Source: a virus | Lineage: Duplodnaviria > Caudoviricetes | Direction: 5' to 3' (one strand) | DNA length: 64,000 nt | Virus record (IMG/VR): IMGVR_UViG_2061766007_000017 | Span: 1,312-65,311 of that record | Shown: piece by piece, positions 57,966-64,000 of the stretch | Layout: every line of letters starts with the position of its first letter | Position numbering within the stretch: the stretch's first letter is position 1 | Position numbers and translations under genes: made by a program | Notes under the pieces: generated by a model | Database searches by the model: none | What the model was told of the DNA's origin: nothing | What the model saw: the letters and a program-made list of their open reading frames with translations, nothing else

Positions 57966-58388
57966 CTATTTCACGATAAGGGGTTTGACGCTCCATGAGT
58001 CAGCGAACTTGCCGGTGTTGGTCTTCTTCTTCCCCAGGTATGTGATGAGGAAAGGCTGGCCGGGTCTGAGGTCTCTGGCGAACTGCTCGAACGCTCCGTA
58101 GAGACGGGCGCTGCCGTTGCGTATGGTACGGAACTCGCTCCCCTGTTTCTCGACGAACTTGACGATTGGGAGTTCGCGGGTTTCGCCGGTCTCCTGCTCG
58201 ATCACGCTCTGCGTGTCGAATCCGGCGAAGAACACGCGCTTGCTCTCACCGGGGTTTTCGGGACTCCAGTATTCGCCCAGGAGTTCGGTAGGTGCGACCT
58301 CTGCGTTGGAGAGGTCAGGAAGTGTGGTCAGCGCAGGGAATCCTGCGGTCTGGGCAGCGACTTGCTGCGTTTCATTGGTTTTTGCCAT
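57966..58388 (-). CDS. Putative OB-fold ssDNA-binding protein
   Basis: Beta-rich 140 aa next to the exonuclease; ITYLGKKK. Confidence 0.45.
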   Translation of the reverse strand: MAKTNETQQVAAQTAGFPALTTLPDLSNAEVAPTELLGEYWSPENPGESKRVFFAGFDTQSVIEQETGETRELPIVKFVEKQGSEFRTIRNGSARLYGAFEQFARDLRPGQPFLITYLGKKKTNTGKFADSWSVKPLIVK

Positions 58389-58424
58389 GATAGTTTGTAT
58401 TAAGGGTTGAAAAGTGTGTTCTCA

Positions 58425-58452
58425 TAAAGGGGCGGCGGCGGGATGCCGCCCC
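58425..58452 (-). terminator. Intrinsic terminator-like hairpin in the early operon
   Basis: GGGGCGGC/GCCGCCCC stem + TTTAT. Confidence 0.6.
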
Positions 58453-58533
58453 TGGGACTAACACCAACTGATATGAATCCAATTCAACATGGTTCCCCCG
58501 CCTTTTTATCTTCGTTGTATCTTTTACACAGGT

Positions 58534-58734
58534 TCATAGTATGGAGTCTTTTCGCATGTTGTTGAAATAGTCCTGGAAAGCGAGCGCGATGTCGTGCGTC
58601 AGTTTCCTAACCCTACCGATGGACGGCTGTGTACGGATGCGCAGTTCGTCCTCCTTCCCCTCATTGACGATGATGGAGACGGTCTGCGCACCGCGGACGC
58701 GCTCGATGAAGTATCTGGATGCGCTGTCAAGCAT
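58534..58734 (-). CDS. Hypothetical protein (66 aa)
   Basis: Likely start MLDSAS at 58734. Confidence 0.55.
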   Translation of the reverse strand: MLDSASRYFIERVRGAQTVSIIVNEGKEDELRIRTQPSIGRVRKLTHDIALAFQDYFNNMRKDSIL

Positions 58735-58900
58735 TATCCCTGTCTTTGTACTCCTGCCGGCCCTGTTCAAACAGGCAGGATGGGATCATGGCGCAAGCGA
58801 ACAGGAATGCCGCGAGAAAATCGTGGTAACTCGCCCAGGCGAGGAAGGCGGCGAACAGGAGGCCGAAACAGGCCACGACGGAGAGTATCATCTTCTTCAT
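58727..58900 (-). CDS. Small membrane protein (57 aa, 2 TM)
   Basis: Manual translation MKKMILSVVACFGLLFAAFLAW... Confidence 0.6.
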   Translation of the reverse strand: MKKMILSVVACFGLLFAAFLAWASYHDFLAAFLFACAMIPSCLFEQGRQEYKDRDNA

Positions 58901-58904
58901 GGCA

Positions 58905-59300
58905 CTACGATTTGTCGGTCAGGAGGAACCAAGCCTCGTTCATCATGTCAAGGAGTTCCTTCACATCGTCCTCGTCGATGCCGTAGATGCGGAGTAAGAT
59001 GCTGCTCTCGGTGCGGCTTACGCCGGTTGCGCTGTCGTCCGAGCAACTGACGAAGCCGGGCATTTTGTTCTTAATCCTCCACTGGAATCCGAGTTGGTAG
59101 GTATCCAGCGGGTCCTTCCTGAACACCCATGCGCCGGTGCGTCCCTTCACAATGAGTTCGCGGAATACGGAGGCCGCTGCGTTGGCGAAATCGGAGTCGG
59201 TGAATCCGCCGTCGGTGATGATGTCGTAGTTCTCGTCCGCAATGACGGACATGGCGCAGTCATAGAAATGGTCTGCAAGTGCCGATTTTGTTCTTTCCAT
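58905..59300 (-). CDS. Hypothetical acidic protein
   Basis: 131-aa ORF in the early operon. Confidence 0.6.
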   Translation of the reverse strand: MERTKSALADHFYDCAMSVIADENYDIITDGGFTDSDFANAAASVFRELIVKGRTGAWVFRKDPLDTYQLGFQWRIKNKMPGFVSCSDDSATGVSRTESSILLRIYGIDEDDVKELLDMMNEAWFLLTDKS

Positions 59301-59328
59301 ATTGAATTGGTATTAAGTGTTGGTATCA

Positions 59329-59607
59329 TCATATCTCGTCCTGCAGCAGGAGCCGCGCGTGTTGGCGTTCTGCGGCCCGCAGGCAGTCCAGTTGGTGCCG
59401 CGAGTATATCCACCTTCCCCCGACCCTGTGCGCATCGGCAAGGCCCTTCTCCTTCATGGCCAGGAGCCAGCGTGTCCCATACGCTTGCTTGGCCTCCCTC
59501 TCCGACAGGTCGTCCCGTACCGGCGAGGTCCTTTTCAGTATGGCATCTGCCACAAGGTTGGAGAATGTCTCTGCCTGCTCCATCAGGTCACGGACTGTGG
59601 GAATCAT
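59329..59607 (-). CDS. Excisionase/MerR-like winged-helix protein
   Basis: LSEREA...YG..WL...GL...R.G.RW.YSR; directly after cro. Confidence 0.55.
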   Translation of the reverse strand: MIPTVRDLMEQAETFSNLVADAILKRTSPVRDDLSEREAKQAYGTRWLLAMKEKGLADAHRVGGRWIYSRHQLDCLRAAERQHARLLLQDEI

Positions 59608-59846
59608 CTTGCAGGGAAAAGGGTTTTCGATATAACGCGAGAGCCAACGACCTTGCTCACGATCCGAGCGACATGAATCCTCGTGTCATTCGTGCTCGGT
59701 TGAGTCTTGCCGTTAGCCCAGTTCCAGACCGTCTGCCTGGTCGTGCAGCAACCTTCCTGTATCAGGGCGGTGCTAATGGAGTATTGCTGCCCTTCTGTCA
59801 GTCCTGCCCATATTATGGGGAAAGAATCCGTGTTTATCTCTTGCAT
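59604..59846 (-). CDS. Cro-like HTH repressor
   Basis: TRQTVWNWANGKTQP recognition helix; divergent from cI. Confidence 0.7.
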   Translation of the reverse strand: MQEINTDSFPIIWAGLTEGQQYSISTALIQEGCCTTRQTVWNWANGKTQPSTNDTRIHVARIVSKVVGSRVISKTLFPAR

Positions 59847-60013
59847 ATTACAATTATATCTTGTATTTTTGCACTTACCGCGCGATTGTCAAAGGCTTTG
59901 ACACGCTATATTAGCGCGATAATTGCTATATCCAGCAGCAAAGTAAAGCAATATATCGCAATTCTGCAAATAATTTTGCAATTATTTTTGTTATTTTATT
60001 ACAAGTGGTTGCT
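59847..60013. promoter_or_regulatory. Lysis-lysogeny switch: divergent promoters/operators
   Basis: AT-rich; minus-strand TTTG-N20-TTACTTTG (59970 to 59939), plus-strand TAATTTTG (59971-59978), near-palindrome TGCAAATAATTTTGCA (59965-59980). Confidence 0.65.
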
Positions 60014-60661
60014 ATGGCCGAAATTGATTTGAAGGCATTCCGTAAAGAAAACGGAGTGAGCCAGCAGGAATTGGCCAACTACCTCGGTGTTGGCCAGGGG
60101 TATGTTTCACAGATGGAGCGCGGAGAGCGCCCCATCCAGAAAGCAATCATCGAGAAGATAAAGGCAAACCCGGACTGGACGGTTCGCACGATAGTAGAAG
60201 AACCAAAGAAAAACCGCATCCCACTGTATGAGGATGTGGCGACCTTCGGCGGCAGGAACGACATGGTTGCGGACACAAGCAGCCAGCACCGCGTAACCGA
60301 GTGGATTGATGCCGGCGACTGGTTCCCTGGAGCGACCGCAGCGATACACCACTACGGAGATTCTATGATTGAGTATCCGAGCGGTTGCATCCTCGCCTTG
60401 CGCAGGGTGTACGATACGACCTTACTCATCAACGGCCAGAACTATGTGATTGAAACGGACGAGTTCAGAATCACCAAGCAGATCCAGGACGACGGCGGCG
60501 ATTACATCATGGCTTATTCGTCCAACCGCGAGACATATCCTGACGGACACCTCGTCCACGCGCCGATTAGGATTCCGAAGGCATCCATCCGGCACCTCGA
60601 CCTGGTGCTCGGATATGTCGTGAAGAACTTCAGCAACCGGCCCATTATGATTATGAAATAG
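60014..60661 (+). CDS. cI: CI-like repressor (HTH_XRE + S24 peptidase-like domain)
   Basis: SQQELANYLGVGQGYVSQMERG HTH; GDSM serine and RITK lysine retained. Confidence 0.9.
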   Translation: MAEIDLKAFRKENGVSQQELANYLGVGQGYVSQMERGERPIQKAIIEKIKANPDWTVRTIVEEPKKNRIPLYEDVATFGGRNDMVADTSSQHRVTEWIDAGDWFPGATAAIHHYGDSMIEYPSGCILALRRVYDTTLLINGQNYVIETDEFRITKQIQDDGGDYIMAYSSNRETYPDGHLVHAPIRIPKASIRHLDLVLGYVVKNFSNRPIMIMK

Positions 60662-60665
60662 GACG

Positions 60666-60684
60666 AAGTTGTATTATAGTTGTA
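60666..60684 (+). repeat. Integrase arm-type repeat, left copy (AAGTTGTATTATAGTTGTA)
   Basis: Exact 19-bp direct repeat with 60888-60906, flanking the att core. Confidence 0.75.
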
Positions 60685-60748
60685 TATCGGACCGGACGAA
60701 CAACTCTTTACTAATTGGGTTACAATCAGTTGCAAGGATTAGCAAGTT

Positions 60749-60803
60749 AGACTTAGGATCTGGTGGCGCAAGCCGTGGGGGTTCGAGTCCCCCCACCCGT
60801 ACA
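60749..60803 (+). other. attP core: 3' half of tRNA-Leu (anticodon TAG), not a complete tRNA
   Basis: AGACTTAGGATCT anticodon arm, long variable arm, GGGGGTTCGAGTCCCCC T arm, 3' acceptor strand; no 5' acceptor strand or D arm. Confidence 0.85.
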
Positions 60804-60887
60804 AGACTGATTTTCAGCATATTACAAACAGACCACAAAGGCGAACCCTTGCATTTGTACCCGAATAATGAGTACATTTTAACGCAA

Positions 60888-60906
60888 AAGTTGTATTATA
60901 GTTGTA
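60888..60906 (+). repeat. Integrase arm-type repeat, right copy
   Basis: Identical to 60666-60684; 6 nt before the int start. Confidence 0.75.
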
Positions 60907-60912
60907 CTTTCT

Positions 60913-62133
60913 ATGGCACGGATTACCTTTGCACCCGTCATCTACACCCAGTACAAGCGTCAGGACGGTACTTATAGCGTCAAGATGCGCGTCACATTCA
61001 AGAAAAAATCGAGGTACATCACAACCAGCGAAATCGCCTCGCCGTCCCAACTCACGAAAAAACTTGCCATCAAAGATGCGGAGTTGCTTAACCGGATGCT
61101 CCGCCTTGAGACTAAGATGCGAGATGCCGTGAGCGACCTCGACATGTACACTCTCGAACAACTTGACATAGACGAGATCCTCTCGCACATGAACCGCAGG
61201 ATAAACGGGGACTTCCGGCTGGACTTCCTCGCGTTCTGGCCGCAGGCCGTGGCAGACAAGCCCAAAGGCAGCAGGGAGAATTACATGGTAGCATACAGGG
61301 CGTTCAAGCGATTCGTCGGTACTGATACGCTGGACATCTCCCGCGTCACATCAAGACTGATGCGTGAATACGAATCGTTCCTGGAGAAAAAGCATGGGAA
61401 AGGCGCGAGGGCCGTCACCATGTACACCGCAGCCGTAAAGCATGTCCATTCGCTCGCACGGAAGAAGTACAACAACGACGAGACCGGCGAACAGCCTATC
61501 CGAAACCCGTTCGAGTTCTATTCGCCACCGAAACAGGCACCGGCGACCAGGCACCGTGATGTGGAAATAAGTGTCCTCCAGCAGATGATTGACACACGGG
61601 AGACGCTGAAAGGCAGGGAGCGAAGGGCCGTAGATGCGTTCCTTATCTCGTTCGCACTGATGGGAATGAACGCACCAGACCTGCTGAACTGCCGGCCACC
61701 GAAGGACGGCATCATCATTTACAACAGGCAGAAAACGAAAGACCATAGGCCGGACAAGGCCGAGATGCGCGTCAGGATAGAGCCGTGCGTAGCGCCCCTG
61801 TTTGAGGAATGGGCAGACGACGACGGGAAGCACGCTTTTTCTTTCCACCAGTTCCATGAGAACTTCAAGCAGTTCACATGGGCACTGGCGAAAGGTCTAA
61901 AGAAGTACAGGGAAAGGGTTGGAATCCCGGACGGAGAACTTGACTTTTATAGCGCGAGGCACACATGGGCTACCACGGCCTTCAACATCGGAATCAACGA
62001 GAGTATCGTTAATGATTGCCTATGTCATGTGGACCAAGGCATGAAGGTTACGAACATCTACATCAATAAGGACTGGTCAGTCCTATGGGAAGCGAACAGG
62101 AAGGTACTCGCCCAACTTCGCTGGCCTCAATGA
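60913..62133 (+). CDS. int: Tyrosine recombinase/integrase
   Basis: N-terminal arm-binding domain, SAM-like domain, RQKT, FYSARHTWAT, LCH...IY catalytic motifs; adjacent to attP. Confidence 0.93.
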   Translation: MARITFAPVIYTQYKRQDGTYSVKMRVTFKKKSRYITTSEIASPSQLTKKLAIKDAELLNRMLRLETKMRDAVSDLDMYTLEQLDIDEILSHMNRRINGDFRLDFLAFWPQAVADKPKGSRENYMVAYRAFKRFVGTDTLDISRVTSRLMREYESFLEKKHGKGARAVTMYTAAVKHVHSLARKKYNNDETGEQPIRNPFEFYSPPKQAPATRHRDVEISVLQQMIDTRETLKGRERRAVDAFLISFALMGMNAPDLLNCRPPKDGIIIYNRQKTKDHRPDKAEMRVRIEPCVAPLFEEWADDDGKHAFSFHQFHENFKQFTWALAKGLKKYRERVGIPDGELDFYSARHTWATTAFNIGINESIVNDCLCHVDQGMKVTNIYINKDWSVLWEANRKVLAQLRWPQ

Positions 62134-62525
62134 CAGTGCGAGCACCCCAACTCGCACACTACATCTGCGAGGTCACGGGCGGCATCCCCTGCAACATAGG
62201 CCGGCGTTTCCCCTTCGAGGTCTATGCCGAGTTCCGCTGCAATAGCCACGGCAAGGTGGTGAATCTCATGGACGAGCGTGTCCGTGAACTCCGCTCCGCT
62301 TGTTGTCGGGCCTATTACGACGACTGCGCGTTTAATCTTCGGGTTCGCGAATGTGAAACCGCAGTTGTAGTCACATGTCCGCATAAGGTCGTCTGCCTGT
62401 TCCATTGCAAATCCAGACGCTCCGCAATCCCGGAGGCACGCCATTACGCCGTCCTCGTCGAACTTACTCTTGCTGAAAAGGAAGTCCACCATCCATCGAC
62501 CGATTATGAGTGCGCGATGGATCAT
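62127..62525 (-). CDS. Hypothetical protein with HEIHH zincin-like motif
   Basis: LVHEIHHL...E..AY; convergent with int. Confidence 0.6.
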   Translation of the reverse strand: MIHRALIIGRWMVDFLFSKSKFDEDGVMACLRDCGASGFAMEQADDLMRTCDYNCGFTFANPKIKRAVVVIGPTTSGAEFTDTLVHEIHHLAVAIAAELGIDLEGETPAYVAGDAARDLADVVCELGCSHCH

Positions 62526-62923
62526 ATCACATCTTCCCAGTCAATCGGGATTCCCAAGGCCACGGTCTTGATGTATAGTTCATCGAAAGCCCTGCTGCTG
62601 GAGCCGTCGATGTCGTCGAGATAGTCCTTCACGAACAAAGCCAGATGTGCATCGTCAATGATGGACGAACCATAGTAGTCCATCTTTGCCATCATGAACA
62701 CATAGGGGACATCATACGCCCTGTTGTTTTTGACCGAAACGCCATGTTTCTCAAGCATCTGCCTAACCTCATCTTTCTCCATAGGCTTTGCTTTGTTCCC
62801 GTTTTTGTCTCTCATCATGGAGACAGCCCACAGGTACATCTGTTTCGAGATATGCCGTCCGTAGTTGCTCAAATACTCGTCCATCCCGGAAGGACGGATG
62901 TCGTAGTAGTCCAGTCTATCCAT
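62522..62923 (-). CDS. Hypothetical helical protein
   Basis: 133-aa ORF coupled to the next gene. Confidence 0.7.
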   Translation of the reverse strand: MDRLDYYDIRPSGMDEYLSNYGRHISKQMYLWAVSMMRDKNGNKAKPMEKDEVRQMLEKHGVSVKNNRAYDVPYVFMMAKMDYYGSSIIDDAHLALFVKDYLDDIDGSSSRAFDELYIKTVALGIPIDWEDVI

Positions 62924-62963
62924 ATTCGTTCAAATATGGGGCGAGTTTCCCCGCCCCTGGTTA

Positions 62964-63197
62964 CTACATGTAGCGGCCTCGACCGTCGCGCCCACGGCGT
63001 TCTTCATAGTCGCCCCAGTCCTCGCGACGACGGTAACTGCCGCCAACGCGCATGTGGGAGCCGCGCTCGCCGTACTGTTCCTCCATTTCATCGGTCAGTT
63101 CGCAGATGGTCTCGATTGCTTCCTTGGCCATCTTGACGGCTTTCTTGTACTCGCGGAGGTCGTCTCCGCCGCGTTCCATAATATGAATGATACCCAT
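62964..63197 (-). CDS. Small charged protein ending in an RG-rich tail (RRGRDGRGRYM)
   Basis: Likely start MGIIHI at 63197. Confidence 0.65.
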   Translation of the reverse strand: MGIIHIMERGGDDLREYKKAVKMAKEAIETICELTDEMEEQYGERGSHMRVGGSYRRREDWGDYEERRGRDGRGRYM

Positions 63198-63199
63198 TG

Positions 63200-63691
63200 T
63201 TAATCCTCCTTTTGTTTCGTTCCGAGGACCGCAGAGAGCATACGCTTCATCTCGGCAAGTTCCCCTTTCAGTTCTGCCACATCCTTTGCGTTCTGCATTT
63301 CCTTCTGCTTCTCCGGATTGAGGGAGAGCAGCAGAGCATCGCACTTGTCTCTAAGCGCCCGGTGAGCCTCGTAACTGTCCACGACACGCTGACTGTTGTC
63401 GCGCATGGCTGTCAGTTCATTGATGACCATTCCCTGGTCCTCGCTGACATACATGCCCCTGTCTGGGAAATTGGCTACTGAGGCCGTGGCCGGAAGGCCG
63501 GCAAATGGAATAGTTTCGTTGCCGACGGCAACATTCAGGTCAGTTACCATGCCACCGAACATAGCCTGTGGCTGGCTTGGGTTGAACTGCGGAAGGTGCG
63601 TATTGACGGAGATCACACGACCCTTCTCCATCCGGGGTTCGTTCTTGTAGAGTATGTAGAGCGTGGCTCCCTGCGATAATCCTTGGAACAT
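63200..63691 (-). CDS. Hypothetical protein (beta N-terminus, coiled-coil C-terminus)
   Basis: 163-aa ORF in the right-end cluster. Confidence 0.7.
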   Translation of the reverse strand: MFQGLSQGATLYILYKNEPRMEKGRVISVNTHLPQFNPSQPQAMFGGMVTDLNVAVGNETIPFAGLPATASVANFPDRGMYVSEDQGMVINELTAMRDNSQRVVDSYEAHRALRDKCDALLLSLNPEKQKEMQNAKDVAELKGELAEMKRMLSAVLGTKQKED

Positions 63692-63722
63692 GGTGATTTG
63701 TATTTATTGGTTGATGAATCCC

Positions 63723-64000
63723 CTACGCCGTAGGAGCGAGAGGCGAAACGAGTTGGAGAGTTCCCGTGTAGAAATTGTGGAACACCTTGATGATTCCAGT
63801 CCCTACAAGGTCTGCCGCCGTAACAGCCGTCCCACCAAAGTTCGTCAGAACACGGGTCGAGCCGTTAAGGGTGAAACGGACAGGGAGCGTACCGGTTGCA
63901 CCATCAGGAATCGCATTTGCGATGTTGATGGTAAGATCTCCGATTGGGTCAATAGGACGGAAGCCAAGAGCGAAATCTACGGCTTCCGTACCTACGGTAA
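63723..64000 (-). CDS. Beta-rich hypothetical protein, 3' part only (...TVGTEAVDFALGFRPIDP...LQLVSPLAPTA)
   Basis: Manual translation, open from the window edge to TAG at 63723. Confidence 0.65.
   Translation of the reverse strand, partial: TVGTEAVDFALGFRPIDPIGDLTINIANAIPDGATGTLPVRFTLNGSTRVLTNFGGTAVTAADLVGTGIIKVFHNFYTGTLQLVSPLAPTA

Noticed and set aside
60721-60803. Complete tRNA-Leu gene
   Set aside because: The 5' acceptor strand and D arm are missing; treated as the att core.
61650-61690. Integrase pseudogene, because GMNAPDL has N where the catalytic Arg motif usually lies
   Set aside because: The ORF, the other catalytic motifs and attP are intact; from recollection such N variants occur in Bacteroidetes integrases (needs alignment to confirm).
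63998-64000. Exact circular join of 64000 to 1 (the two truncated ORFs happen to be in frame)
   Set aside because: One-in-three chance; the fused product joins a helical N-terminus to an unrelated beta protein and no terminal overlap is visible.
1-64000. Stop-codon recoding, introns or inteins
   Set aside because: The standard code gives long, tightly packed ORFs, including 7942 aa; no split core genes or intein/homing-endonuclease motifs were noticed.

Overview
Nearly the whole genome of a temperate, podovirus-like dsDNA phage, most likely infecting Bacteroidales. The host call is inferred from TTTG-N19-21-TAnnTTTG promoters and the integrase type. The phage appears in its excised form: an intact attP (3' half of a tRNA-Leu(TAG) flanked by arm repeats) lies between cI and a tyrosine integrase. 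Left to right: small accessory/membrane genes; tail fibre/spike genes (one ending in a metallophosphoesterase); adaptor, major capsid protein (MCP) and scaffold; a divergent operon with an unknown gene, a rhomboid protease and TerL; portal; lysis cassette; tail tubular protein; a 7942-aa DarB-like polyvalent protein; ejection proteins; RusA, a TerS-like gene and adaptor paralogs; a glycosyltransferase-like gene; small accessory genes; replication/recombination genes; cro/cI; attP; int; and a leftward gene cluster truncated at the window end. Most unusual signals: (1) an MCP with an N-terminal membrane/signal-like leader, paired with a phage rhomboid intramembrane protease and no recognisable prohead protease; (2) an invariant 16-bp motif exactly 21 bp upstream of a -7-like box before five late operons; (3) a motif ACTT(T/C)CGGCCC(T/A)AAT at four junctions of small accessory genes; (4) a promoter-bearing antisense sRNA at the left end; (5) a helically phased CGCAGT array; (6) an attenuator-like switch before the glycosyltransferase-like gene. 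All family assignments come from motif reading by eye; no database search was run.
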